Below are positions 30,279 through 40,415 of a stretch of DNA of 64,000 nt, piece by piece (positions within the stretch are counted from its first letter, which is position 1; each line of letters opens with the position of its first letter). This DNA comes from Gemmatimonadota bacterium (lineage in GTDB: Bacteria; JBHIER01; G020348925). Where the stretch lies: NCBI GenBank assembly GCA_020348925.1, contig CP070758.1:2495688-2559687 (forward strand), read 5' to 3'. The notes under the pieces are model-generated. The model saw only the letters and a program-made list of their open reading frames with translations. It was not told where the DNA came from and ran no database searches. The translations under genes were made by a program, and so were the position numbers.

Positions 30279-31535
30279 CTAATCTTTTTCGTGTTTAAGC
30301 TTATTCAAAATTCTCTGAATATTCCTTTCATCGGGATTCCGTTCTAAAGCCTTCCGATAATTTTCCATTGCCATTGGCTTGTCGCCGTTCTTCATATATG
30401 CTTCAGCGAGGTTGTAATAAACATCACAGGATTCGGGGTACAACTGACTGTTGAGTTTAAAAATCTCAAGAGCCTCTTCCGTTCTATTTCTTGATAAAAA
30501 AGAAAGTCCGACACTCTTGACCAGCCATTCATCAAAAACATAGCGATGAATCGTTCTGGTTTCCTCTTTCATCTCCCAGAACCTTTTGATTCCTTCATCA
30601 ATCCCTTTTTCTTCAATGATTTTTATCAGGTCTCTCGCCCCATACTCTGAGCCATATTGATCGGAGAATCTTTCACTGAAGGATCGAACGCCGAAAAGGG
30701 AGGGGATGGCGTATGATCGGCTTCCTTTCTCTAACTCTTTCAATAAATTATAAACGACCACTTCCTCAAAATTGTGAAAATGGTACAAATAGATCTGTCT
30801 GTTTCTTAGATCACATATGATCGAGTACAAGGTCCTGCAGTAATAGGCCTCAAAACGTGTGGCAGATAGGACGCGACGAATCAGATCTATCGTCGGAGCT
30901 TTCTGGCTTTGGAGTATCTGACGTGCGATTCTATAACGCTGGTCAGTGTACTCTTCCGGAGAGTCGAATTCCGTTTGCACGAAATTGGTGGCTATCTGAT
31001 AATCTTTTTTCTTGAATAGGGTCTGTAATCTGCCTTTCCCCCATTCGAAAATCACCGATTTTCCCTGAGCATCAGCCACGATGAATATCGCATAACTCAG
31101 GTCAATATCGTATTGTTGGAAAAACTCAACAACTTCATCGACCGTAGCGAAATGGGTCAGAATGTATTCAATCTCGTCATCTCCTTCAAAATCCGGTTTT
31201 TCAGGATCGTTCACCCAGCCCGTGAAGCCAACTGAATTTATGTCGATGAAGAGGCCCTGGTCATTCATGCCACCTTGAGATCTGTACGAATATCTATCGT
31301 ACCCCCAAATGACATATCCATAAGACTCATCGGAGGGCGTATAAAACCAGATCTTGGTTCTGGGTTCAATAGAATCTTCGTTATAGTCGACGATGACGGT
31401 TTCGCCATGAGTCTTAATAACAAAGGTGCAGCCGGGACTTATATCATTGAACAAGAAAGAAAGCATTAAAGGAAATATTAGGAGAAATATCGGTTTGCCC
31501 AATCGTAAAACAGGCTTTCTTGACAAAGCACACAT
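30279..31535 (-). CDS. Secreted Ntn (Cys-nucleophile) linear amide C-N hydrolase / C45-like protein with C-terminal TPR
   Basis: Signal peptide then CTFV...YNED; GGMNDQGL; VADAQGKSVIFEW; ATNF; TPR ALEIFKLN...YYNLAEAY...YRKALE. Confidence 0.75.
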   Translation of the reverse strand: MCALSRKPVLRLGKPIFLLIFPLMLSFLFNDISPGCTFVIKTHGETVIVDYNEDSIEPRTKIWFYTPSDESYGYVIWGYDRYSYRSQGGMNDQGLFIDINSVGFTGWVNDPEKPDFEGDDEIEYILTHFATVDEVVEFFQQYDIDLSYAIFIVADAQGKSVIFEWGKGRLQTLFKKKDYQIATNFVQTEFDSPEEYTDQRYRIARQILQSQKAPTIDLIRRVLSATRFEAYYCRTLYSIICDLRNRQIYLYHFHNFEEVVVYNLLKELEKGSRSYAIPSLFGVRSFSERFSDQYGSEYGARDLIKIIEEKGIDEGIKRFWEMKEETRTIHRYVFDEWLVKSVGLSFLSRNRTEEALEIFKLNSQLYPESCDVYYNLAEAYMKNGDKPMAMENYRKALERNPDERNIQRILNKLKHEKD

Positions 31536-31595
31536 ATTTGACCTCTCTTTTTCAAGAGTCAGACGAATACTGAATTTCAAAATCAACCGATCTTT

Positions 31596-31672
31596 GCCAC
31601 ACAGCGGCGGCCATCACCTGCAGGTATGGAGCGCAGTGGAATTCCCGTCGGAGTGCATGGCTTCGCTCCGTG
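31596..31672 (-). other. Degenerate attC-like imperfect hairpin
   Basis: Minus strand CACGGAGC-gaa-GCCATGCAC...GTGATGGC-cgcc-GCTGTGTG: paired ends and one unpaired base in the inner arm; AGC/GCT replace AAC/GTT. Confidence 0.45.
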
Positions 31673-31685
31673 TTCTTTACTTTCT

Positions 31686-32525
31686 CTACAACCTTTTGGC
31701 AACAAGAGCTATCTCCATGGCTCCCGAGTCGAATGGTGATCCTGCGACATCCGAGTAAAGCCCCTCTAAGGAAAATCCGCCCATCACAAACTCTCTCTCG
31801 AGCGTTTCGGGGCTAAAATATTGCAACCAGTTATAGACGGTTCGCGTGCGTGATGCTTCGATAATTGTATATTTGTCAAGGACCACCTTTTCTTCCTCGT
31901 ATTTGAATGTATTCAAAAACCCGTAATACTTATTCGGCGACCAAAAACTATTGAGGAGATTGGCCTCATATATCGCCGTCTCCTCTCTTTTGTCAAAGGC
32001 CGCTAACGAATATACATCCAGGAGAACAGAACCGCCAGGCTCAAGGATTGCATGAAACTTGCTCAGCATCTTCTTTCTCTGGGCAGGACTGAGGGCGCAG
32101 AAGTCGCACATGATCATCAGGATAAGATGAAAGCGATCATCTGTTTCGAATTCCAGGTAGTTCTGATTTACATATTGGATTGCAAGCTTCGCCTTGGTTG
32201 CGGCTTCCTGTGCGTGCTGAATCGACCTTTTCGAGAAATCAATGCCGGTCACATCCGCCTGCCTCTGAGCCAATCTCGTCGTGTACAATCCCGGACCGCA
32301 GCCAAAGTCGGCAATTTTTGTCTGCGCTCCGACGTTCAATTGGGTAACAATCCATTCCACCGAGCGTTCAATGAACGCCGCATTTCGAGATGAAACGTCG
32401 ATAGTATCGTTTAGATGGAAAGAGAGCATGTGTTTCGACGTATGCTCATCCGTCCAAAGATCACTTGCCGTATAGAACTCAAACGGCTTTGGGCGTCTGT
32501 TTATCTGTTCAAGTTCATCGAACAT
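31686..32525 (-). CDS. Class I SAM-dependent methyltransferase
   Basis: IADFGCGPGLY, VTGIDFS, LEPGGSVLLDV; GGAGAAG RBS before ATG 32525. Confidence 0.9.
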   Translation of the reverse strand: MFDELEQINRRPKPFEFYTASDLWTDEHTSKHMLSFHLNDTIDVSSRNAAFIERSVEWIVTQLNVGAQTKIADFGCGPGLYTTRLAQRQADVTGIDFSKRSIQHAQEAATKAKLAIQYVNQNYLEFETDDRFHLILMIMCDFCALSPAQRKKMLSKFHAILEPGGSVLLDVYSLAAFDKREETAIYEANLLNSFWSPNKYYGFLNTFKYEEEKVVLDKYTIIEASRTRTVYNWLQYFSPETLEREFVMGGFSLEGLYSDVAGSPFDSGAMEIALVAKRL

Positions 32526-33194
32526 TTCTTCTCCTATCCTCTCTCTTGTTTTCCTCTTGACACAGAATTTACCTGATCTATGGTTCCCTAATCGCTCAGC
32601 TTGTACATTCTGGGCCATAATTTGTATAGGTATATATATCCCCTTCCATCTCCCCGCACAGGATATATAGACTGTGTGATCTCTGTCTTTGGGGGCGAGA
32701 GTAAAAGAACTGTCACTACACGAGCCTTCGATGAACATCAGGACAGGTTTGATCTGTAATCCTGTTATATTTCATACCCTTACTCTCTGGCTCCTCAGGA
32801 CAAGGCGAAAAATGATGTACGGATCGACATCTCGGAGTCAGGCATCAGAAAATAGATTTTCTCAACTGTATTCTATTATCCTTAAATTACAACCTGATGA
32901 TTTTTCTTTTTTTTGAATCCTCATATTCGACTCAATCCCAAATTTCAGGTTTTAATCGAAATCATATCAAAGACATTTCCCATACTGAAATTTCCGCTAA
33001 TAGTTGATGTAATGCAATGATGAGTTTTTCCGGTTATCTAAGCGGGTTAAAGCATATAATATTCAAAAGCGAAAGTCAAGAATAAAAAGTGCTTATGCGT
33101 TGATGCATGGATGAGTTGACATGTTAATGCGTGAATGCGAAATTATTTTTTATGACTTGGTGCCTTTGTGGCAAAGACATATGAATAATGCAGG

Positions 33195-33542
33195 CTAATT
33201 AAGGTAGGTCATGTGTTCAATATAAAGCCAGGTAATGATGACCCATATTGTCCATGCACTAATGAAACTAATCATTACAATATAGACAGGCCGTTTACTC
33301 TTATCAATAAAAACGCCATATATACTCACGCCCAATAAATAGAGTCCAAACAGTAATCCCACTGTTAGAAAATTAAGAAGCTCAAGATATAATAGGACTT
33401 GCGTTGGAAATATGATTACGGGAAATATGAGACACACCAATAATTGAAATACACTCGCACAGAAAAGCCATCGAAAAGTTTTTATTCTGTTTTCGTCTGT
33501 CACAATATCATTCTGATTTGTCATAGCATCAATTTTTCCCAT
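33195..33542 (-). CDS. Small membrane protein, hypothetical
   Basis: 115 aa with three hydrophobic segments. Confidence 0.55.
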   Translation of the reverse strand: MGKIDAMTNQNDIVTDENRIKTFRWLFCASVFQLLVCLIFPVIIFPTQVLLYLELLNFLTVGLLFGLYLLGVSIYGVFIDKSKRPVYIVMISFISAWTIWVIITWLYIEHMTYLN

Positions 33543-33582
33543 TCCTGACCGTATATTGGGAGATATGATAGAACTAATGTAA

Positions 33583-34224
33583 TTATTTCAGCTGATTGCT
33601 CTCCACCCGTCGTTTAATTCCGAGTAATGTTGTGCGCATCATGAAGATTTCCATGGGGTCAACCATGACCCATGTGATTATCTCCTGCAGAGAATTATAC
33701 GTGTACTGTTGTCGTAATCGTGACACCAATCTCGTATGCCCATTATTCGTTTCATAGAGACCCCAGGACCACGTAGCGTCTTGCCACGGCCCCGCCCCCT
33801 TCTGGAAGACCCAGAGCATAGACCTGTTAGGTTCCATCTCAACCACCTTTAGCAATGGAAGTATAGGATCACCAACTTTCAAGTTTTGGAACTCCGGAAT
33901 TATTCTTTCAGCACTGGGCACACCACCATTGTCCAGCTTTCCAAAGCTGTACAAGCCTGCTCTGTTGTATCCCATCTGCACCAACCAGGGCCATACTTGT
34001 TCTGGAGGTGCCTTTATTTCCACTGCACGGGTTGCGTTAAGGGCAGGATCCTCAAGCAATTCATCACCCGCCATGTAACGACTTACTTCTTCTGTTGTCG
34101 CACCCCATGTCATTTGCCATTCCCGGAGCCAGGTGAAATACAGTAGGAGAAGTATAATTATTGCAATTATCCAACACAGAGAAAAAATGTATAATGCCCT
34201 CAGAAATGGGTGTTGCTTAAGCAT
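33583..34224 (-). CDS. Membrane-anchored SRPBCC-like protein
   Basis: TM, then WGAT.EE...GDEL...TRAVEIKAPPEQVWPWLVQMG..RAGLYS...MMRTTLLGIKRRVE. Confidence 0.75.
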   Translation of the reverse strand: MLKQHPFLRALYIFSLCWIIAIIILLLLYFTWLREWQMTWGATTEEVSRYMAGDELLEDPALNATRAVEIKAPPEQVWPWLVQMGYNRAGLYSFGKLDNGGVPSAERIIPEFQNLKVGDPILPLLKVVEMEPNRSMLWVFQKGAGPWQDATWSWGLYETNNGHTRLVSRLRQQYTYNSLQEIITWVMVDPMEIFMMRTTLLGIKRRVESNQLK

Positions 34225-34363
34225 GAGATTATATCCTGACTCGACTTCAATTATGATAACAATTCTCCAATTATTTTATTTTAGTTCATGCATATATAAT
34301 AACGGAATGAAGTATGAAAATGTTGCATTTTTAATAAAACGCCTGTTTTGCAGAAACAAATGG

Positions 34364-34425
34364 CACACAACGTTGCTAATCAGTCGCATGGCTTTCTGCG
34401 TGGGGTGAATGAACCTTGTTACGTG
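34364..34425 (-). other. attC-like site overlapping the yaiI stop codon
   Basis: Minus strand CACGTAAC-aaggttcattcac...ctgattagcaac-GTTGTGTG; the TAA stop lies inside the TAAC end; inner arms are degenerate. Confidence 0.45.
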
Positions 34426-34886
34426 GAATTCAACGGATGTTCACGACGGATTGATTGAATTATGTTGTCGAGCTGTTGAAGAAAGCGTGATCGGTCACGC
34501 TTTGTTAGCGGTGGAGGTCCGCCCGTTATCTCTCTTGCGCCACGAAGTTCTGACAAAAGGTCTCGGGTAGCGACAGCTTGACCGATGTTGTTTTCGGTGA
34601 ACGGCTTTCCGGTTGGACCAATTACACGCGCACCTTTTATCAAACAACGGCTCGCAAGCGGGATGTCAGCGGTGACCACGATGTCGTGAGCTTGCGCGTG
34701 TTCGACAATCCAATCATCGACCGCGTCGAATCCGTCCTCTACAACTTTGAGTGCAATCCATCGTTCATCCGGAGCTCGCATCCAAGAGTTGGTCACCAAT
34801 GTGACATCAAGGCGATATCGGCTTGCGACGCGGTACACCTCTTGTTTGACCGGGCACGCATCAGCATCTATATACATGTGCAGCAA
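34419..34886 (-). CDS. yaiI: YaiI/YqxD family protein (UPF0178)
   Basis: IDADACPVK, GFDAVDDWI, VVTADIPLA, GGPPP. Confidence 0.92.
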   Translation of the reverse strand: MLHMYIDADACPVKQEVYRVASRYRLDVTLVTNSWMRAPDERWIALKVVEDGFDAVDDWIVEHAQAHDIVVTADIPLASRCLIKGARVIGPTGKPFTENNIGQAVATRDLLSELRGAREITGGPPPLTKRDRSRFLQQLDNIIQSIRREHPLNST

Positions 34887-35072
34887 ATGAAAATCCTCAC
34901 CAAAATCCCGGATCCAGTTCGAGTGCTACCTAACAATCAATATACCAAATATTTAGGGTCAGATCCTAAATATTCATAGGAACAAACAACGATCGACAAC
35001 ACAAGAGTATTTGCAATTATACTTTTTTTCATAAAAAGGATTTTGTTATCAAGGAGTGGTGAATAATCCAAT

Positions 35073-36008
35073 CTAAATCGCGATTCTTCTTGATCCCTTC
35101 ATAAGATTTTTTCTCATGAGAAACATTATCAGCGAAACAATCATAATTCCTATCAATTCGAATAATCCTGCACCACCCGCTTTCGTACTGACCAGTAATG
35201 CCGGCCCTTCAACTTTGGTTACCAAAAATACGGCTTCATCAGAACTTAAACCTACAGATCCCAACAACCGCATTGCAAAATGCCAGCCCGCATGAAGTCC
35301 GAAAGGAAGCCACAAGCTTCTAAAAAGTAGAAACGCCTGAGCAAAAACAAAACCAGCTGCCAACGAGCTCATAATTGACATCCACCAGGCAAATTCTCCC
35401 TTAAATCCAGAAAAGTGTACAATCCCAAATAAAACCGAAGATACTATGACGGCAATAGTTTTAGAATAGCGGTTTTCAAAAATATTGAATAGAAACCCTC
35501 TAAACATAACTTCTTCAATAATTCCTGTCTCAACACAGAACACGAAAGTAAAAAGAATTGCAGGTGCGAAAAACGCGATTGAGTGATAATTCCAGGAAAA
35601 ACCTATCACTTCAAACCATCCAAATGATTTCATAAGAGTGATCGATATGAATTGGACTAAAAAACCAAGGGCAATACCTAAAAGGAGTTCAACAATTCTG
35701 TTTTTTTGGAAATCTATTCCTATAAATGCATACGTTTTTTTCAGCAAGAACCTCAATACGATCAATATGGAAGTTACGACAATAATTGATCTCAGAATTC
35801 TTTTTAACGAATCTCCTAAAGAGTCGAACCAATTTTGTGCAACTGCACCTGTAACTTCGGACAATCCAACTTTTGATAATAAATTACCAAAAGGATCGAC
35901 GAACAGTACTTCTCCGACATAAATAAGCAAAGCAACGGCTATAATAGGCCAGATCAGTCTAAGTCCACTTTTTGAAAAAAATAATGTGTTTAGAAGTTTC
36001 TTATTCAT
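35073..36008 (-). CDS. CPBP family intramembrane metalloprotease (CAAX/Abi)
   Basis: EEVMFRG, FGIVH, HAGWH; multiple TM segments. Confidence 0.9.
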   Translation of the reverse strand: MNKKLLNTLFFSKSGLRLIWPIIAVALLIYVGEVLFVDPFGNLLSKVGLSEVTGAVAQNWFDSLGDSLKRILRSIIVVTSILIVLRFLLKKTYAFIGIDFQKNRIVELLLGIALGFLVQFISITLMKSFGWFEVIGFSWNYHSIAFFAPAILFTFVFCVETGIIEEVMFRGFLFNIFENRYSKTIAVIVSSVLFGIVHFSGFKGEFAWWMSIMSSLAAGFVFAQAFLLFRSLWLPFGLHAGWHFAMRLLGSVGLSSDEAVFLVTKVEGPALLVSTKAGGAGLFELIGIMIVSLIMFLMRKNLMKGSRRIAI

Positions 36009-36100
36009 ATTGAGTCTCTTGATTCCATCAAACCTAAGTTTTATATATACTGGCTTTGCACATGCAACACTTTAGGAGACATAAACGCAATTGTTTGAAG

Positions 36101-36901
36101 TTATTTTTTTTGGATACCCTTGGCGCAGCGGAAACCGACATTGATGTCGACCCAACCACCAGGTAGTGCATTGCGGAAGAAGACGCTGTTGCAGTATGGG
36201 CCAGAATGCCATCCTCCACCCCGGATCACCCGGAACTTCCCTTTTTCCGGTCCGGTTGGATTTTCGTACGGGCTCGCACTGTAATAGTCCCCGGCGTAGT
36301 AGTCGGAGACCCATTCCACCACGTTGCCGACCATGTCGTAGAGCCCGTAACCGTTGGGGGGATAACTCCCGACCGGGGCACTTCCCTTTGTCTTCCCCTT
36401 CATTGTAAAATTGGCCAGCGTCGAATCGAGATCGTCCCCGACCGGATAATTCTTCCCGACGAGTCCGCCCCTGGCGGCATATTCCCATTCAGCCTCGGTG
36501 GGAAGTCTCTTCCCGGCCCACTCAGCATATGCTTCGGCATCGCTCCAGCTCACGCCCACAACAGGATGCTTGGCAAAGCCGGGACCACAATGAAAGGCAT
36601 CCATTCCCCAAAATTCAGGCAGCCTGTGCCCCGTCTCCTCACAGAAGGCAAGATACTGACTGTTGGTCACTTCGTACGCATCGATGTAAAATGAATCGAT
36701 ATACACACTATGGGCCGGACTGTGTTCACTTTCCCCATCCTTACCCATGAGAAACTCCCCTCCTGGAATGAGAACAAGATCGAAATCCGGCTTACTCACA
36801 ATCCCAGGTTCTCTATCACCTGGCGAGCACGATAGCACAAGAGTGATGAAAAGAGCACCGATGAAGGATTCCAGAATAGTCTTCACGTCTTTCGTCGACA
36901 T
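36101..36901 (-). CDS. FGE-sulfatase (SUMF1) domain lipoprotein
   Basis: Lipobox VLSC; IPGGEFLMG, YEVTN, RLPTEAEWEYAARGG, GLYDMVGNV.EW, RGGGW, GFRC. Lacks the two-Cys catalytic motif of true FGE. Confidence 0.88.
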   Translation of the reverse strand: MSTKDVKTILESFIGALFITLVLSCSPGDREPGIVSKPDFDLVLIPGGEFLMGKDGESEHSPAHSVYIDSFYIDAYEVTNSQYLAFCEETGHRLPEFWGMDAFHCGPGFAKHPVVGVSWSDAEAYAEWAGKRLPTEAEWEYAARGGLVGKNYPVGDDLDSTLANFTMKGKTKGSAPVGSYPPNGYGLYDMVGNVVEWVSDYYAGDYYSASPYENPTGPEKGKFRVIRGGGWHSGPYCNSVFFRNALPGGWVDINVGFRCAKGIQKK

Positions 36902-37004
36902 CGCCTACTCCCCTTTGTGGCACTTTCTAATAACGAACTTTCCTTCTTCTTTGATCTCTCAAATTTAATACAAATATGTTTTTTAAGCGAGGAGAAAAAT
37001 TTCC

Positions 37005-37045
37005 TTGACAATAGTTTTATATAGTACTATCTTATATAAAACTAT
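37005..37045 (+). promoter_or_regulatory. Sigma70 promoter with 13-bp inverted-repeat operator (MarR candidate)
   Basis: TTGACA (37005-37010), 17 nt, TATCTT; ATAGTTTTATATA-N9-TATATAAAACTAT (37011-37045). Confidence 0.75.
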
Positions 37046-37068
37046 TTTTGCTAAAGGAGGACATAGAA

Positions 37069-37800
37069 ATGGAAACGCAAAAAGAAACGTTCGCTGAGAA
37101 GGTCACAGACCAAAAACACAGTCGCAGGAGATTTCTGAAACTGAGTACAGGCGTGGGTACGGGAATGGCGCTCGGTTGTATGGGTTTTGCTGTTAGGGGG
37201 CAACAAGATCAGCATCCGGGAAACGATTTTACGTTTTTCGATATTGTTAATAACCGACGTTCCGTCCGAAAATTTAAATCAACACCAGTTCCGGAGGATC
37301 ATGTAACTATAATTCTTGACGCTGCTCGCCTCGCTCCCACGGCAGGAAATCGTCAACCCTGGAAATTCCTTGTCGTTCGGGACCGTGAAAAACTTAATCA
37401 GTTAAAGGAAAAATGTATCAAAAAAAGGGAGGAGATTTTGAAGGAGCGCGGAGAAGAAGTACCGCCCGAAAGGGCGGCTTCATTGAAACAACACTTTGAG
37501 GATTACCTATCAGCGCCTGTTTACATCTTAGTGCTGACTGACAATACCGCCCAATATCCTCAATATAATGATAAAGATGGTTCACTCGCAGCAGGGTATC
37601 TTATTCTTGCCGCACGTGCTTTGGGATATGGAACGGTCTTTTGCACTGATTCTATCCCGGAGGAATTGTGCAAAGAGGTTTTCGGTATTCCTGATAATTA
37701 TACAAGAACTTGTATCGTACCTGTTGGAGTGCCTTACGAATGGCCGGAATCCCCTCAAAAGAAGACACTGGAAGAATTGGTAGTTTATGAAGGTTTTTAG
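37069..37800 (+). CDS. Nitroreductase family protein with Tat signal peptide
   Basis: GGAGG RBS; SRRRFLK plus hydrophobic stretch; RRSVRKF, LAPTAGNRQPW, LAARALGYGT. Confidence 0.88.
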   Translation: METQKETFAEKVTDQKHSRRRFLKLSTGVGTGMALGCMGFAVRGQQDQHPGNDFTFFDIVNNRRSVRKFKSTPVPEDHVTIILDAARLAPTAGNRQPWKFLVVRDREKLNQLKEKCIKKREEILKERGEEVPPERAASLKQHFEDYLSAPVYILVLTDNTAQYPQYNDKDGSLAAGYLILAARALGYGTVFCTDSIPEELCKEVFGIPDNYTRTCIVPVGVPYEWPESPQKKTLEELVVYEGF

Positions 37801-37859
37801 CTGGGCTTCAATTTACGGGAAAGAAGAAGCACCAAACTTTATTGAAAGGAGTGGGATCA

Positions 37860-38333
37860 ATGGACGAAAAAGAAGCAAAACAGCTAAGTCTTGGATTGAT
37901 GGCTTCGACTGAAGCTGTCTACGTCACCACTATAGATTGGGACGGCTTCCCTCAGACGAGGGTCATGTTCAATCTTCGCTTCAGAGAGCAGTTCCCCTCA
38001 CTAACCGAAATCTTTGAGGGACACGAGGACGATCTTCTCGTCTACCTCGCGACAAATACCTCGTCAGCCAAAATAAATCAGATCAAGACGAACCCGGCGG
38101 GGTGCGTTTATTACTGCAATGTTAAGGAATTTCACAGCCTCATGCTGCCGGGTAAGTTCGAGTTCGTCGATGCTCCTGAGATAAAAAAGGCACTGTGGCA
38201 GGAGGGCTGGGAGATATACTATCCCAAGGGCCCTTCAGATCCCGATTACACGGTACTGCGGCTCTTCCCCGTCAGGGCGAAAGGTTGGTACAAGGACGGG
38301 GCCTTTGAATTCAGCCTTAAGGATAAAACATGA
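37860..38333 (+). CDS. Pyridoxamine 5'-phosphate oxidase-like FMN-binding protein
   Basis: TIDWDGFPQTRVM, TNTSSAKINQIKTNP, YYPKGPSDPDY. Confidence 0.85.
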   Translation: MDEKEAKQLSLGLMASTEAVYVTTIDWDGFPQTRVMFNLRFREQFPSLTEIFEGHEDDLLVYLATNTSSAKINQIKTNPAGCVYYCNVKEFHSLMLPGKFEFVDAPEIKKALWQEGWEIYYPKGPSDPDYTVLRLFPVRAKGWYKDGAFEFSLKDKT

Positions 38334-38773
38334 AGACACAGCGCCAGGGAGGATTTTTCATTGCCAAGATACATCAGCTGGCCGGACGGATCTTCACCCG
38401 GAAATTGAAGGAGTACAACATCGAGATCAATCCTGCCCAGGGCCGGATCATGTTTGTCCTGTGGCGTGAGGGTGAGATTCCCATCAACGAGCTGGCCCAA
38501 AAAACATCCCTGGGAAAGTCGACGCTGACCAGCATGCTGGATCGTCTCGAAGCGTCGGGTTTCATCACCCGAGTGCCGTCCAAAAAGGACCGGCGGAAAA
38601 TTCTGGTCAGGCGGACGGAGAAGGACAGAGCCTTCCAGGATCTCTACGTCCAGGTCTCACAGGACATGACGAAACTATATTACAAAGGATTTTTGAAGGA
38701 GGAGATTGATCGATTCGAGCAATACTTGATGCGTATCTTTGACAACCTCACAACATATGAAAAAAGCGGTTAA
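38330..38773 (+). CDS. MarR family transcriptional regulator
   Basis: QGRIMFVLW...INELA...KSTLTSMLDRLE..GFITR...DRRK. Confidence 0.93.
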   Translation: MKTQRQGGFFIAKIHQLAGRIFTRKLKEYNIEINPAQGRIMFVLWREGEIPINELAQKTSLGKSTLTSMLDRLEASGFITRVPSKKDRRKILVRRTEKDRAFQDLYVQVSQDMTKLYYKGFLKEEIDRFEQYLMRIFDNLTTYEKSG

Positions 38774-38796
38774 AATAAATCAAAGGAGAAAAGATC

Positions 38797-39273
38797 ATGT
38801 CCATTCAGTACATACATATCTTTCTCTTCGTACTTCTTTTTGGAACAGTTTTTACACTGTCATGTTTAGAGAAGAGAGATACCAATCTCGCCCAAATGAT
38901 CATCTCCATGGAGCGGGCAGCACTCGATCGCTGGGGTAAGGGAGATCCCTGGGGCTACACCGCTATCAGTGCGGAGGGGGTCACCTATTTTGACACGAGT
39001 ACCGAAAGACGGGTAGATGGACTGGATGCACTCAAGAAATACTATAAAACATTCGAAGGGAAAATCCGAATCGATCGCTACGAGATGATCGATCCCAAAG
39101 TCCAGGTCCACGGCAATACGGCAGTTCTGACCTTCAACCTCATCGACTACGAAACCCAGGAGGACGGCTCGCTGAGCAAAACCCTATGGAGCAGCACTGA
39201 AGTATACAGTAGAATAGAGGGAGAGTGGAAGATCGTTCACACTCACTGGTCGAAGCCGAATTCAGAGCAGTAA
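38797..39273 (+). CDS. NTF2-like (DUF4440/SnoaL-like) protein, probable lipoprotein
   Basis: Lipobox TLSC; MERAALDRW..GD, PKVQVHGNTAVLTF, WKIVHTHWS. Confidence 0.8.
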   Translation: MSIQYIHIFLFVLLFGTVFTLSCLEKRDTNLAQMIISMERAALDRWGKGDPWGYTAISAEGVTYFDTSTERRVDGLDALKKYYKTFEGKIRIDRYEMIDPKVQVHGNTAVLTFNLIDYETQEDGSLSKTLWSSTEVYSRIEGEWKIVHTHWSKPNSEQ

Positions 39274-39352
39274 ATTCGACAAGAGATAATCTGGGGAATT
39301 ATTTCTCAGTGTCTGCCATCTTTATTCACATTCTACTGTCTGATAATGAATC

Positions 39353-39892
39353 TCACTCCACCTTGTTCATGGAGATGGCCTGACAATTGAAAAAATCCTT
39401 TCCGGGGAAGGCCAGATCCAGAAGCATCTTGTACTCATCCCCTGAGACGAACTCTATTGTCAGGCGCGCCAGCATGCCGCCGGCACTTTCCGTGCTTTCA
39501 CTCTTGAAGATCAGTTTCCTGCCCCCGGGTTCGATGGGTTCCAGAACGTATGTATTCACGAATCCCTCGGAAAGAAACTTCCTGAACATGATTTTGTCTC
39601 GATCGGAATCATAACTGAAAAAACCCACGTCCTCATGCACCTCACCTTTTTCCTTTCCCTCTTTCGTCTCGAACTCGGCCCTCGTCCGGCTCCGGATGAA
39701 CTTGTCCTGAAGTACAAACTCGTACGTATGTATCACCTTCGATTCCTTGCCCTCCCCCTTTCATTCCCCCAGCAGGAACCGGATGGGCTGCCATCTGTCA
39801 ACCTCCTCCTTGGCATTCATCTCGCCCCATGAAATAAAAAAAGCGGCCGTTGAGACAACCATAAGTGGAATCATTGGAAACAACTTTCTCAT
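39353..39892 (-). pseudogene. Secreted beta-barrel protein (nitrobindin/DUF1579-like) with in-frame TGA at 39763-39761
   Basis: GGAGG RBS; ATG 39892 gives a signal-like N-terminus, then WQPIRFLLGE*KGEG, in frame with track ORF 39353-39736. The stop sits where GxWxG predicts Trp. Confidence 0.65.
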
Positions 39893-39919
39893 AAAAGCCT
39901 CCTTCCTCTCAATACCGCG

Positions 39920-40354
39920 TCATTCAACCCGCTTCGGTTTTCGTTTCACACTCAGTAACAACTTGACAGATTCCATATCTTCCTTTTTCATCACTTGTAT
40001 CCACAGCCAACGACCATCCCGCAACTGCTCGGTATTCTCGAACAGAGTCCTGACGTCTGGACTCAAATCGTCTATCATGGACAATGTCTTGTCAACCTCT
40101 TTGCCACCGAGAACAATTAAAACCGTAAAAGCACCTTTCTCCGGAAAAAGGGAGCACAGTGTTTTTCTACTTTTCCGGTAGCGTATCGTCCATCCGTATT
40201 TCTTTCCGTAAAAGACCAATTCCGGTGTAACATCGTAATGTTTGTTTAGATAATCACGTAGTTCGAGCCAGAAGGGCGACTTTTTACCGACATATGTAAT
40301 GATATCATCTTCCGTCGGTTTGGTATCCCCATCCCGCATTCGCTCATACAACAT
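39920..40354 (-). CDS. DUF3788-like protein
   Basis: YGKKYGWTIRYRKSRKTLCSLFPEKGAFTVLIVLG...DGRWL. Confidence 0.8.
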   Translation of the reverse strand: MLYERMRDGDTKPTEDDIITYVGKKSPFWLELRDYLNKHYDVTPELVFYGKKYGWTIRYRKSRKTLCSLFPEKGAFTVLIVLGGKEVDKTLSMIDDLSPDVRTLFENTEQLRDGRWLWIQVMKKEDMESVKLLLSVKRKPKRVE

Positions 40355-40415
40355 ATCAATTCCCTTTCATACTCGATGGGAGAGAATGTTTTCAACACAA
40401 AATTACGTATAACGG

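Noticed and set aside
39761-39763. TGA as selenocysteine or sign of an alternative genetic code
   Set aside because: Context predicts Trp rather than Cys, the downstream sequence is purine-rich with no hairpin, and many intact genes here end in TGA.
40407-40413. Third attC end (GTTATAC on the minus strand) after the DUF3795-like gene
   Set aside because: No matching partner arm; too short to support.
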